Assembly (NCBI GenBank): GCA_964447385.1
Contig: CAYUSV010000002.1
Coordinates: 1 to 52,695, forward strand
Length of the DNA stretch: 52,695 nucleotides
From: an uncultured Campylobacterales bacterium
GTDB lineage: Bacteria > Campylobacterota > Campylobacteria > Campylobacterales > QNZT01
Direction of reading: 5' to 3'
Part shown: piece by piece, positions 1-9,143 of the stretch
Layout: every line of letters begins with the position of its first letter
Numbering within the stretch: position 1 is the stretch's first letter
Notes under the pieces: generated by a model
What the model saw: only the letters and a program-made list of their open reading frames with translations
Databases searched by the model: none
Told to the model about the DNA's origin: nothing
Made by a program: the position numbers and the translations under genes

Positions 1-922
1 CAATATCAGAAACAACAGCACTAGCAGTAGCATCGCCACCAGCTCCAGGACCATAGTATAGAGTCTCTCCTACAAAATCACCAATAACACTAATTCCATT
101 CATAACACCATCAATTTTAGCAATCATTTGAGAATTTTTAATAAGCACAGGGTGAACTCTTAGCTCTATATTGTTGTCTGATTTTTTTGCAATTGCTAAA
201 AGTTTTATGCTATAGCCAAACTCTTTTGCAAAATCCATATCATGCTCATTTATCCCCTCAATTCCCTCGATCAAAATATCTTCAGGTTTAGCATCGATAC
301 CATAAGCGATAGAAGCTAAAATCAAAAGTTTATGAGCTGCATCAAATCCCCCAACATCAAAAGTTGGATCAGCTTCAGCATAACCTAAATCTTGTGCTTC
401 TTTAAGAATCAGATCAAAACTTACATTTTCATTCATCATCTTTGTAAGCATATAGTTACATGTACCGTTTAAAATACCTTTTATAGATAAAATTTGATTT
501 GCACTAAGTCCAACTTTTAAGGCATTGATGATAGGAATTCCCCCAGCTACACTTGCTTCATATCCAATAGGCAAGTTCTTGGCGATATCTTGAAGATCAT
601 ATCTATGATAAGCTAGAAGCGCTTTGTTTGCAGTTACTACGGCTTTACCATTTGTAAGGGCAGTTTTTACAACTTCATAAGCCCCATCAACACCACCCAT
701 CAATTCCACAATTATATCGATAGAATCATCTTTTAAAACTTCATCTATGCTGTCTGTTAAAGGTATAAGAGTATCTCTCTTTTTTGAAAGATTTTTTACA
801 ACCCCTTTGACAACATTTATCTCTTTTCCTGCTCTTGCACTTATAAGCTCTCTATTTTTTTCCAATATTTGAGCTACACTTTGCCCTACGGTGCCAACAC
901 CGATAATTGCTACATTTATCAT
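1..922 (-). CDS. hom: homoserine dehydrogenase (N-terminal ~307 codons; C-terminus runs off the window)
   Basis: Own reverse-strand translation from ATG at comp(920..922): [27 protein letters not shown]... (GxGxVG NAD fold). Later motifs: ...VTANKALLA..., ...NGTCNYMLT..., ...[20 protein letters not shown].... Open to position 1. Missing from the ORF track only because it is truncated. Confidence 0.85.
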   Translation of the reverse strand, partial: MINVAIIGVGTVGQSVAQILEKNRELISARAGKEINVVKGVVKNLSKKRDTLIPLTDSIDEVLKDDSIDIIVELMGGVDGAYEVVKTALTNGKAVVTANKALLAYHRYDLQDIAKNLPIGYEASVAGGIPIINALKVGLSANQILSIKGILNGTCNYMLTKMMNENVSFDLILKEAQDLGYAEADPTFDVGGFDAAHKLLILASIAYGIDAKPEDILIEGIEGINEHDMDFAKEFGYSIKLLAIAKKSDNNIELRVHPVLIKNSQMIAKIDGVMNGISVIGDFVGETLYYGPGAGGDATASAVVSDI

Positions 923-2140
923 CTATTTGTTATTCTTTAAACTTTGTAAATATTTTTTGATATTTTTTGCAGCTTGTCTAATTCTTTTTTCATTTTCAAT
1001 AAGCGCAATTCTCACATAACCATCACCCTGTTCTCCAAACCCAATTCCAGGACTTACGGCTACTTTAGCCTCAGTTAAAAGTTGTTTTGAAAACTCCAAA
1101 CTACCAAGATGTATAGCCTCTGGTGGAAGTTTTGCCCAAACAAACATTGAAGATTTTGGTTTTTCAAACGCCCATCCGGCATTATAAAAACTTTCACAAA
1201 GTACATCTCTTCGATATTTATATTTGGCGACTATTTCATCTTGACACTCTTGTGGACCATCAAGAGCAACTGTTGCAGCCACTTGAATAGGCGTAAACAT
1301 CCCATAATCAAACCAAGACTTAATCTTTTGTAAAGCTCCAATCATCTTAGGATTACCTACAAAAAAACCAACTCTCCAACCGGCCATATTGTAGCTTTTT
1401 GAAAGAGTAAAACTCTCAACAGCAACATCTTTTGCACCTTCAACTTCAAGAATAGATGGTGTTTTATAGCCATCAAAAGTAATATCTGCATAAGCAATAT
1501 CACTGATAATATAAAACCTCTCTTTTTTGGCAAGTGCTACAAGGCGGACATAAAAATTTTTTTCCACAGTAACTGTCGTAGGATTGTGTGGAAAATTTAC
1601 AACAACAAATTTAGGTCTTGGTAACGATTCACTAAATGCTTTGTGAAGATTAGAGAAAAAACTCTCCTCATCTAACTCATATGCATCATTAAATATCAAA
1701 GGCATTTTAACAACATTTCCACCTGCTATGATAAAAGCATGTGTATGTATAGGATAAGCAGGCTCTGGCACAACAGCTACATCACCATGGTTGGTAATTG
1801 CTTGAACCAAATGAACATATCCCTCTTTTGATCCCATAGTTGCTACTGCTTCACTCTCTGGATCAATATCTACATTGTATTTTCTTTTATACCAATTACA
1901 GACAGCAAGGCGAAGTTTATAGATGCCTTTACTTGCAGAGTAGCCATAGTTTTTTGGTTTTTTTGCAGTCTCTATAAGTTTATCAACTATATGTTCAGGT
2001 GTTGGACCATCAGGATTTCCCATGCTAAAATCGATGATATCTTCACCGTTTTGCCTAGCTTTTAATTTTATTGCATTGATCTCTGCAAAAACATAATTTG
2101 GCAACCTATCAATAGTATTAAATTGTATTTCGTCAAACAT
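923..2140 (-). CDS. class I/II PLP-dependent aminotransferase (aspartate/alanine-type)
   Basis: 405-aa ORF with NFPHNPT and [15 protein letters not shown] (Schiff-base Lys context) motifs. Directly abuts the hom start. Confidence 0.85.
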   Translation of the reverse strand: MFDEIQFNTIDRLPNYVFAEINAIKLKARQNGEDIIDFSMGNPDGPTPEHIVDKLIETAKKPKNYGYSASKGIYKLRLAVCNWYKRKYNVDIDPESEAVATMGSKEGYVHLVQAITNHGDVAVVPEPAYPIHTHAFIIAGGNVVKMPLIFNDAYELDEESFFSNLHKAFSESLPRPKFVVVNFPHNPTTVTVEKNFYVRLVALAKKERFYIISDIAYADITFDGYKTPSILEVEGAKDVAVESFTLSKSYNMAGWRVGFFVGNPKMIGALQKIKSWFDYGMFTPIQVAATVALDGPQECQDEIVAKYKYRRDVLCESFYNAGWAFEKPKSSMFVWAKLPPEAIHLGSLEFSKQLLTEAKVAVSPGIGFGEQGDGYVRIALIENEKRIRQAAKNIKKYLQSLKNNK

Positions 2141-2156
2141 TATCTACCCATAAATT

Positions 2157-2972
2157 TTATTTCGATATATAAACGCTTAACCCTCTTTTGAGATTTTTAA
2201 GAGTATAAATATCGCTAATTTTTACATATTTTGCATTTGCTGGAATGCTAAGCCTTTCATTATAGCTTTTTATCTCTTTTGTAATGTTATCAAGGATATT
2301 TAAATCTCTATCATAAAACACAATATAAGGGTGCCAACTATTTGCTCTAGAGCTATTTATGACCAGAGTTCTAGCCCTTTGTATATCAATCCAGTAAGGG
2401 TTTAATGGTTTTTTTAGTTTTATTTTTTTGTTAAAAGTTATATTTTCAGGTACAATATCAATATTTGTGATGTTGATATTGTACCTCCAATTTGTTTTGG
2501 AGTACCGTTTTAGTTGTGTAATGTAACAATTTTGTTTTTTTAACTCTTGAGCAAAGAGTAAGGGATCAATTGCAGAAGAGGTTTTAAGTGATACTTTCCA
2601 TAAAAACCCACTATGATCTCTCATCGCCTTTTCTGTCCAAAGTGCACTATAACCTAAAGCATTTAGACTATTTTGTATCATTTTCATAAAAATAAGTGGG
2701 TTGTTTTGTTCGGTTGCAAAGCTAAGATGCAAATCTTTTGTCTTTTTAAAATCAAGTTGCAACAAATTGTTCTCTTTTATGGTTGATAAAACTTTATGAA
2801 TATCAATTTGGCTACCTACATAAAACTTTTGCTCATCTTTAAAGAGAATATTGAGAAACCTCTTTTTAGCAAAATAACTGTTTTGTCCTAAGATATTTTT
2901 TAATTCATCATTTAGCATATTTGCAAACGAGACATTTAAAAGTAGTGATAGGATTATAATAATTTTTACCAA
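2157..2972 (-). CDS. hypothetical secreted protein
   Basis: 271-aa ORF with an N-terminal signal-like segment MVKIIIILSLLLNVSFANM. Overlaps the upstream ORF by 7 nt. No recognisable motif. Confidence 0.5.
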   Translation of the reverse strand: MVKIIIILSLLLNVSFANMLNDELKNILGQNSYFAKKRFLNILFKDEQKFYVGSQIDIHKVLSTIKENNLLQLDFKKTKDLHLSFATEQNNPLIFMKMIQNSLNALGYSALWTEKAMRDHSGFLWKVSLKTSSAIDPLLFAQELKKQNCYITQLKRYSKTNWRYNINITNIDIVPENITFNKKIKLKKPLNPYWIDIQRARTLVINSSRANSWHPYIVFYDRDLNILDNITKEIKSYNERLSIPANAKYVKISDIYTLKNLKRGLSVYISK

Positions 2973-3991
2973 CCAACACCTGCGCTACTTCTTTTAAACT
3001 CTTTTTTATTAATTTCCATTAACTCTCCATCTCTATAGATAAAACGAACAAGATTTTTACTGCGAAATTTGACCGAGTATGACTTGTTATAAATGCGAAA
3101 ATGACTGTGACCAACTACAATTAACTGATCTCGCCCCGCATCTAATGGTAACTTAGTACGAATTAAAAAATCCTTTTTTGTAAAATCATCAAGATAAATT
3201 ATACCAACCCAAGCCTTTTTTGTTGGATAAATATAAAAATTACCTTTATCTATTACTTTTTTGACTGGTTTAGTCATCTCTTTTACTATAGGTTTTTGGA
3301 CTTCGTCTGTTTCAATTATTTTTGGTTTAGATAAAACAATTGGTGCTATATTATCACTTATATTGTGTTCGTCGCTAGAGTCGCTAGATATGTTTCTATC
3401 TTTCATCATTTGTAAGACTACTTTGTCAAGATCAAGATCAAAGTTTGTATTTTGCTCATCCTTTACAAGTTTTTTGTCAAGATCATTATCTACATCAAAG
3501 AGAGATTTAGTTCTATTTTCTTCAATTTTTTCTATATTCTTTTGCGCCTCTTTTATAACGCTTTTATTCTCTTCAATATGTGAAATTAGAGAGTCAACAG
3601 ACGCTGGTTTTTTATTGTCCATGGTAAAGAGATAGTATGCAAGCCCTAAAGCAACCAAAATAAGAGCTACATATTGTAAATACTTTTGCCATGCTTTACC
3701 ATCTGACATCGGAGTTTCGGTAAAAAGAGTTTCAGGTTCTTTAACCCTATTAGTACTCTCATGCTCTAAATATGCCTTTTTTAATGAAGTCAAATCAACA
3801 TCATACTCTCGCTCAAGAATTTGAATAAATCCTAAAGCTCTTGTTTTGTTTATATTTGTAAAATCTTTATTTAAAAAACTCTCTAAATCTGCATCACTGA
3901 TAAAAGTTTTTGTCGAAACTTTTTTATATCCCTGCTCAATTAGATACTCAACACCGGGTTTTTGACTCTTTTCTTCTTTCTTCTTTTGCAT
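2966..3991 (-). CDS. RodZ-like membrane protein (N-terminal HTH-like region, one TM, K/D/E-rich linker)
   Basis: 341 aa. N-terminal ~80 aa is HTH-like, followed by the TM segment YVALILVALGLAYYLF and a low-complexity periplasmic part. The architecture resembles RodZ, but the assignment is not secure. Confidence 0.45.
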   Translation of the reverse strand: MQKKKEEKSQKPGVEYLIEQGYKKVSTKTFISDADLESFLNKDFTNINKTRALGFIQILEREYDVDLTSLKKAYLEHESTNRVKEPETLFTETPMSDGKAWQKYLQYVALILVALGLAYYLFTMDNKKPASVDSLISHIEENKSVIKEAQKNIEKIEENRTKSLFDVDNDLDKKLVKDEQNTNFDLDLDKVVLQMMKDRNISSDSSDEHNISDNIAPIVLSKPKIIETDEVQKPIVKEMTKPVKKVIDKGNFYIYPTKKAWVGIIYLDDFTKKDFLIRTKLPLDAGRDQLIVVGHSHFRIYNKSYSVKFRSKNLVRFIYRDGELMEINKKEFKRSSAGVGW

Positions 3992-3993
3992 TC

Positions 3994-4671
3994 CTATCTC
4001 ATCCTATCGCATAATATCGCTGCTGCTGCACTAACATTGAGAGAATCGAATGCTTTTTGCATAACAATTTTGAGTTTTTGATCACACATATTTAAAACCT
4101 TATTTGAAATACCTTCATTTTCGCTACCTAAAAGAAGTACCTTTTTTGATCCAAAAGAGATCTCTCTCACATCATCACCACTCATATCGGCTGCATAAGT
4201 TTTAAATCCACTCTGCTTTAACTCATTAACCAATGTTGCTGTATCTTTAAAAAGTGCTATTGGCATATCAAGCGCTGCTCCGCTACTCGCTCTTACAACA
4301 CCCTCAATTGCCAATGAACCTATGCCACTTACAATCACACCATCCACGCCAAACGCATAAGCACTCCTAATGATAGCTCCAATATTGCCAACATCAGTGA
4401 TGCCAACTAAAACCAATAAAAATTCCTCTTTTTTCAAATCTTTAATATCAATAAGTTCGATATGCTTTATTTTCAAAAGAAAACCTTGATGGTTACCGCC
4501 ACGCGCCATGCTCTGTGCTTTTTTTGCATCGAGCTTAACAATCTTTTTATCAAGTTTGGCAATACGAGAAAATATCTTTTTATCAATCTCTTTTGCAAGA
4601 CAAATCTCTTCAATGAGTTCAGGATACTTCTGAGTTATATAAAAAAATATTTGTTTACCATATACTATCAT
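3994..4671 (-). CDS. TrmH/SpoU-family RNA 2'-O-methyltransferase (RlmB-like)
   Basis: SpoU methylase motifs NIGAIIRSAYAFG, LLLGSENEGIS and DSLNVSAAAAILC in the 225-aa translation. Confidence 0.8.
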   Translation of the reverse strand: MIVYGKQIFFYITQKYPELIEEICLAKEIDKKIFSRIAKLDKKIVKLDAKKAQSMARGGNHQGFLLKIKHIELIDIKDLKKEEFLLVLVGITDVGNIGAIIRSAYAFGVDGVIVSGIGSLAIEGVVRASSGAALDMPIALFKDTATLVNELKQSGFKTYAADMSGDDVREISFGSKKVLLLGSENEGISNKVLNMCDQKLKIVMQKAFDSLNVSAAAAILCDRMR

Positions 4672-4704
4672 GATTGTATTTTACTAAAAAAAATTTAACC
4701 TAAT

Positions 4705-5511
4705 CTAAAGTAGAGCATTATAACACTCTTTTGGTGACTTTTTTGTGATTTTTGCGATGATTTTTGCTGCTTGCTTCTTTGGAATGTCTAATTTTAAGAT
4801 ATCATCTACTGTTATCATGCCAAGTTCTCTTTTGTAAGCATCAAAAACTACAACCCATTCACCTTTGATATTTTGTTCTTTTAGTTGCTCCTTTATCTCT
4901 AAAGCTTTACCTTTAAAACTTTTTTGATGCAATTTTGTGGCTTCTTTGATCAAAAAAAGCTCACGATTTGGAGTTAATTGACAAATTTGCTCTATCAGTT
5001 TTAAAATTCTATGAGGAGCTTCATATATAATAGTTGTATACCCATTATATAGTGCTTCTTCTAATGCTTTTTGTCTATCACCGCCCTTATGAGGTAAAAA
5101 TCCAAAAAAGAGAAATTTTGTATCACAAAAACCACTAGAAGTATATGCTAAAAGAGCTGCATTTGCTCCCGGGAGCACATCATAGGGGATATCGTGAAGA
5201 TTGCAATAACTTACTAAAGAAGAACCAGGATCACTAACACCCGGCATACCGGCATCACTAACATAGATCACGGTATCATCAAAAAGTTTAGGGGAGAGTT
5301 CTTGCAAAAGTTTTTTTTCGTTATGTGAATGAAGTGAGATAAACTGTTCTACACAAGGAGAGATTTGGTATTTGGTTTTGAGTAAATGCAAAAGTCTTTT
5401 GATAACTCTTGTATCTTCACAAAGAATAACTTTTGCATTTTCGAGGAGTTTTAAACTCCGAAAAGATAAATCTTCCAAGTTCCCAATCGGAGTGGGTACA
5501 AAATAAAGCAA
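4705..5511 (-). CDS. rsmI: 16S rRNA (cytidine1402-2'-O)-methyltransferase
   Basis: MLYFVPTPIGNLEDLSFRSLKLL start and DAGMPGVSDPG motif, typical of RsmI tetrapyrrole-methylase-fold enzymes. Confidence 0.88.
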   Translation of the reverse strand: MLYFVPTPIGNLEDLSFRSLKLLENAKVILCEDTRVIKRLLHLLKTKYQISPCVEQFISLHSHNEKKLLQELSPKLFDDTVIYVSDAGMPGVSDPGSSLVSYCNLHDIPYDVLPGANAALLAYTSSGFCDTKFLFFGFLPHKGGDRQKALEEALYNGYTTIIYEAPHRILKLIEQICQLTPNRELFLIKEATKLHQKSFKGKALEIKEQLKEQNIKGEWVVVFDAYKRELGMITVDDILKLDIPKKQAAKIIAKITKKSPKECYNALL

Positions 5512-5519
5512 TACAGGGA

Positions 5520-5720
5520 CTATTTTAAGTTATACTTTTTCTTAAATTTTTCAACTCTACCTGCAGCATCTACAATTTTTTCACTACCTGTAAAAAATGG
5601 ATGACACTCATTGCAGATATCAATTCTCATCTCTGGTGTATTTGACATACTCTCAAAACTATTGCCACAAGCACATGATACTTGGCAAGTTACATAATCT
5701 GGATGGATTTCTTTTCTCAT
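5520..5720 (-). CDS. rpmE: 50S ribosomal protein L31 (Zn-ribbon type)
   Basis: 66 aa. MRKEIHPDY start, CxC...CxxC cysteines, ...VEKFKKKY tail. AGGAAA RBS upstream. Confidence 0.95.
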   Translation of the reverse strand: MRKEIHPDYVTCQVSCACGNSFESMSNTPEMRIDICNECHPFFTGSEKIVDAAGRVEKFKKKYNLK

Positions 5721-5880
5721 CGTTTTTTCCTATTTAAATTGTGTTAAGTGCGCAATTGTACCCAAAAATATTTATTTTAACCTTAAATATTAAAGTACTA
5801 TTTTAATTACATTTAACTTGATAATAGTGCTGTTCATCTGCACGCGGGCACTCCGCCGAGGAGATAAAAATAAAAAAGGT

Positions 5881-5911
5881 AAAAAACAGCAGACCCAAAA
5901 TGAGCCCACTG
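5881..5911 (-). terminator. candidate rho-independent terminator after rsmE
   Basis: Minus strand reads CAGUGGGCUC-AUUUU-GGGUCUGCUG. This is a 10-bp stem including G-U pairs, followed by UUUUUUACCUUUUUU, ~45 nt downstream of the rsmE stop. Confidence 0.5.
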
Positions 5912-5955
5912 CCATATAGGGGGAGGGGAACCGTAAGTATATCAGAAAAATTATA

Positions 5956-6618
5956 TTAAATCAAGAGTTTTGAAGCGATTGTGACTACAGCTGTCTCACT
6001 TTTTAGTATAAAATCTGTTTTAAAACCTATTTTATTGTTTTTAAGTAACTTTTTACGCTCATTTTCACTAAATCCACCTTCGCACCCGATCAAGATTGAA
6101 AATAACTCTTCACATGTCTGTTTTCCACCAAAATCCAAAACAGCAAAATCACTATATATTTTTAAAACATCATCCAAAGTTTTTAAAACTTCGATTTTCA
6201 TCAAATCACTTCTGCCACACTGTTGAGATGAATTTATCAATATCTTTTGAATTTTGGAAAGATCTAATTTGAAATTTTTCTGACTCCTATCACAATAGAC
6301 AAATGTTATCTTGCTAACTCCAATCTGGTTAAGCATAGGTAGCGTGGCATAAATTACTTTAGGCTCGATGATACACCAAATAAGATGTAGTTTTTTTACA
6401 TGAGAATTAGTTACATTGATGATATCAACAAGAGAGAGTAACGCCTCTTTTTTCCCAATCTCCTTTATCTGATATTTATATGTAAAACTATCTTCTAAGT
6501 TTTTAAAATTTACAATATCTCCAATTTTTACTCTTTTTGCTTTAAAAAGATATCTATAGTTTTCATCTCTTATCTTAAGTAGCTCTTTTGAAGCGTTTTG
6601 ATCATAAACAAATTGCAT
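5956..6618 (-). CDS. rsmE: 16S rRNA (uracil1498-N3)-methyltransferase
   Basis: 220 aa. PUA-like N-terminus, IGCEGGFSENE and FILKSETAV motifs of the RsmE family. Confidence 0.8.
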   Translation of the reverse strand: MQFVYDQNASKELLKIRDENYRYLFKAKRVKIGDIVNFKNLEDSFTYKYQIKEIGKKEALLSLVDIINVTNSHVKKLHLIWCIIEPKVIYATLPMLNQIGVSKITFVYCDRSQKNFKLDLSKIQKILINSSQQCGRSDLMKIEVLKTLDDVLKIYSDFAVLDFGGKQTCEELFSILIGCEGGFSENERKKLLKNNKIGFKTDFILKSETAVVTIASKLLI

Positions 6619-6620
6619 TT

Positions 6621-7034
6621 TTATCTCAATATAAAGCTCACACCGCCAATTATAAACATCAATACAATATCACCAATATATTTCTTTTTTATCCAAGCTC
6701 TAAGTAATTGAGTAGAGGTAGAATCATTTGTATTTGTATTTACTCTCAATATATGTTTTTTAACACTTGTGTAGATCATTATCAAAACAGCGATAATCAT
6801 AAGTATCAAAGAGGATTTAAGATCAAAATGGTTTACTGCCATGACGGTAATACCGGTAAAGATAATAGCCACAACAAGTAGAAGGTATTGAGGCTGTAGA
6901 TATTTCATCCGATTGATATAAATAACCTCATCTTTGAGATTTAAACTTACATAGATATTGTAAAGTGCAAGTAAGATAGTGGCACCTATGATGAAAAGGT
7001 GAAAATTTATTGACATAGTTATCATTTGTTCCAT
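6621..7034 (-). CDS. small integral membrane protein, unknown function
   Basis: 137 aa with four hydrophobic segments. Abuts rsmE. Confidence 0.5.
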   Translation of the reverse strand: MEQMITMSINFHLFIIGATILLALYNIYVSLNLKDEVIYINRMKYLQPQYLLLVVAIIFTGITVMAVNHFDLKSSLILMIIAVLIMIYTSVKKHILRVNTNTNDSTSTQLLRAWIKKKYIGDIVLMFIIGGVSFILR

Positions 7035-7084
7035 GGTTTCTCCGATATATAGATAGGCGACATTCTAGCAAAAGTTCTTGAAAA

Positions 7085-7100
7085 TGGCATAGAGTGTGCT
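7085..7100 (+). promoter_or_regulatory. candidate sigma-54 promoter (TGGCAT-N5-GTGCT)
   Basis: GG (7086-7087) and GC (7098-7099) are separated by exactly 10 nt, as in the -24/-12 consensus TGGCAC-N5-TTGC. Lies 42 nt upstream of the ATG at 7143. AGGAAA RBS at ~7131. Confidence 0.45.
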
Positions 7101-7142
7101 TTTAAATTAAGGACACCTTAAATAAATGTTAGGAAACTTCTT

Positions 7143-9143
7143 ATGAAAAAACACCATTTAATCAATTTTTTAATTTTGCTATACATATTTTCAGCAAATG
7201 CATATGCATGGAAAGTTGAAAAAAGCTCTGTAGTACAATTAAAACTTACAAATAACGGAGACTTAGGTATCGGCACAGAAACTCCCGCAGCTAAACTAGA
7301 AGTACAAGGAAATATCAAAATAGTTGATGGAAATCAAAGCGATGGGTATGTTTTGACTTCAGATGCAAATGGATTAGCAACTTGGAAAAGCTCATCAGGA
7401 GGTGGTGCATCATCGATTAATGATTTGAGTGATGGAAAAACAATGTCCACTTCTATGTTTTTAGGAACTAATGCTGGTGTAGATACTAATAATACTGGTA
7501 TATACAATATTGGTATCGGTACAGAGTCTTTGTATAGCAACACGGACGGAACAAATAATATTGCAGTAGGATACCGTTCGTTAAAATTTAATACAAGAGG
7601 AGAATACAATACAGCGCTAGGAGGACGAAGCTTATATAGTAATATATCTGGAATGTATAGTGTTGCGTTAGGTCATAAAGCACTTTTTTCAAATACAACA
7701 GGAAATCAAAATGTTGCTATTGGGGTTAATTCCATGGCTACTTCAACTACAGGAGGAAATAATACAGCAATTGGATATCAAGCTTTAAATAAAAATCTAA
7801 CAGGAAGTAATAATACAGCAATTGGACATAGAGCACTCTACAACAATACAGAAAGTTACAATACGGCAACTGGATTTCGTGCTTTGTATAGTAATACTAT
7901 AGGAACTCATAATGTTGCGATGGGATATTCTGCCTTATCTAAAAACACAGAAGGAAACAATGGTACAGCAGTTGGTTATCAAGCTCTTAATCGTAACACA
8001 ACTGGAAATAATAACACAGCAACTGGACTTGAATCTTTAGGATATAATACAATAGGGAGTAATAACACTGCAATGGGAAACCAAGCTCTTAGGGATAATA
8101 CAACAGGAGACAATAACACTGCAATAGGAAATCAAACTCTTAGGTCTAATACAATTGGTATTAATAATGTAGCAACAGGATATCAAACTCTTAGATCCAA
8201 TACGATAGGTAGCTATAATACAACAGGTGGGTATAGAGCTATGTATAATAATATAGATGGCAATAAAAGTACCGCTGTAGGATATCAAGCTCTATATAGC
8301 AATACAAGCGGTAACAATAATAGTGCAAATGGATATGGGGCATTACAAAATAATACAACAGGTAATGATAACACTGCTACTGGATATTATGCCTTACTCA
8401 CCAATGAAACAGGAAGCTCAAATACGGCAACTGGATATGGAGCACTGCAAAATAATACTGATAGTAGTAATACCGCAATTGGATATAAGACACTACATAA
8501 TAATACAAGTGGTGGAGATAACACAGCAATTGGTCTTAAGACACTATTTTTAAATGAAACAGGAAATTTTAATACTGCAATTGGTCACTCAGCTGGTTAC
8601 AAATCTACCGGTGATGGAAATGTGTTTATTGGTTATAGAGCCGGTTATAATGAAACAGGTTCAGATAAACTATTTATAGACAATACAGATACAGTAGATC
8701 CTCTGATATGGGGAGATTTTAGTAATAATTGGTTAAGTGTAAATGGAGATTTGACAGTAACGGGTCCTTTAAATGTAAATGACAATGTAACAATAGATGG
8801 GGATTTAACTGTAAATGGTAATATCACTGCAACTGGCACAATTACCCCTTCTGATCGTCGCTTAAAAAAAGAGATTCAGACAATTGATAAAGCAGTAGAT
8901 AAAATTAACAGACTTCGAGGTGTTAGTTTTAAATATAAAAAAGATGATCGTCCAAGTATTGGTTTGATTGCACAAGAAGTTGAAGAGGTTTTCCCTGAGC
9001 TTGTGAGTGAAAATAAGAATGGATATAAAGGAGTGCAGTACCAAAACTTAGTTGGTGTGCTTATAGAGGCAGTAAAAGAGCAAAATAGAGAACTAAAAAG
9101 TTTAAAAGCTCAAATTGTAGAGTTAAAAAATAGTATAAAATGA
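7143..9143 (+). CDS. secreted tail-fibre-like repeat protein with C-terminal intramolecular-chaperone (peptidase S74-type) autoprocessing domain
   Basis: Signal peptide (..FSANA/YA). GIGTETPAAKLEVQG N-terminal motif. 23 x 17-aa NTAIGYxALxxNTxGxx repeats. C-terminal ..SDRRLKKEI..L.GVSFKYK....IGLIAQEVEEVFPELV....GVQYQNLVGVLIEAVKEQ + coiled coil. Its stop overlaps the next start (ATGA at 9140). Confidence 0.8.
   Translation: MKKHHLINFLILLYIFSANAYAWKVEKSSVVQLKLTNNGDLGIGTETPAAKLEVQGNIKIVDGNQSDGYVLTSDANGLATWKSSSGGGASSINDLSDGKTMSTSMFLGTNAGVDTNNTGIYNIGIGTESLYSNTDGTNNIAVGYRSLKFNTRGEYNTALGGRSLYSNISGMYSVALGHKALFSNTTGNQNVAIGVNSMATSTTGGNNTAIGYQALNKNLTGSNNTAIGHRALYNNTESYNTATGFRALYSNTIGTHNVAMGYSALSKNTEGNNGTAVGYQALNRNTTGNNNTATGLESLGYNTIGSNNTAMGNQALRDNTTGDNNTAIGNQTLRSNTIGINNVATGYQTLRSNTIGSYNTTGGYRAMYNNIDGNKSTAVGYQALYSNTSGNNNSANGYGALQNNTTGNDNTATGYYALLTNETGSSNTATGYGALQNNTDSSNTAIGYKTLHNNTSGGDNTAIGLKTLFLNETGNFNTAIGHSAGYKSTGDGNVFIGYRAGYNETGSDKLFIDNTDTVDPLIWGDFSNNWLSVNGDLTVTGPLNVNDNVTIDGDLTVNGNITATGTITPSDRRLKKEIQTIDKAVDKINRLRGVSFKYKKDDRPSIGLIAQEVEEVFPELVSENKNGYKGVQYQNLVGVLIEAVKEQNRELKSLKAQIVELKNSIK
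7503..8663 (+). repeat. 23 tandem degenerate 51-nt (17-codon; four units 48 nt) coding repeats
   Basis: Counted unit by unit in the translation (residues 121-507). Neighbouring units such as 8050-8200 are visibly similar at the DNA level. Confidence 0.85.

Noticed and set aside
3261-3635. ORF 3261..3635(+), and similar nested ORFs (4462..4698, 5981..6226, 9319..9672, 35286..35663, 46593..46901 and others)
   Set aside because: All are antisense to or nested within longer ORFs with recognisable motifs. They have no RBS and are low-complexity Ser/Leu/Phe-rich translations typical of AT-rich shadow frames.
5827-5935. SRP (4.5S) RNA, tRNA or RNase P fragment in the G+C-rich island
   Set aside because: GUGCUGUU resembles the 5' SRP motif, but neither strand has a GGAA tetraloop or AGCAGCC core. 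There is no GGTTCGAAT-type T-loop and no RNase P P4 sequence. The segment is too short for tmRNA or 6S RNA.
7041-7048. Sigma-28 -10 element (TCCGATAT) upstream of the pilus operon
   Set aside because: There is no TAAA at the N15 position (TCAT instead). It lies ~95 nt from the ATG and overlaps the start codon region of the divergent gene.
7118-7318. ORF 7118..7318(-) spanning the fibre gene start
   Set aside because: It overlaps the RBS, start and signal-peptide region of the fibre gene on the opposite strand and has no coding signature.
7503-8663. CRISPR array or trimeric autotransporter adhesin
   Set aside because: The 51-nt periodicity has no unique spacers and lies entirely in frame within one ORF. 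The protein ends in an autoprocessing chaperone domain, not a YadA-type membrane anchor, and the repeat period is 17 residues rather than the 14 of YadA heads.
7334-8839. ORFs 7334..7609(-), 8037..8288(-), 8323..8553(+), 8645..8839(-) inside the fibre gene
   Set aside because: These are shadow frames of the repetitive coding sequence. Their composition is implausible (Cys/Ile/Ser-rich), and they are fully nested in a much better-supported ORF.
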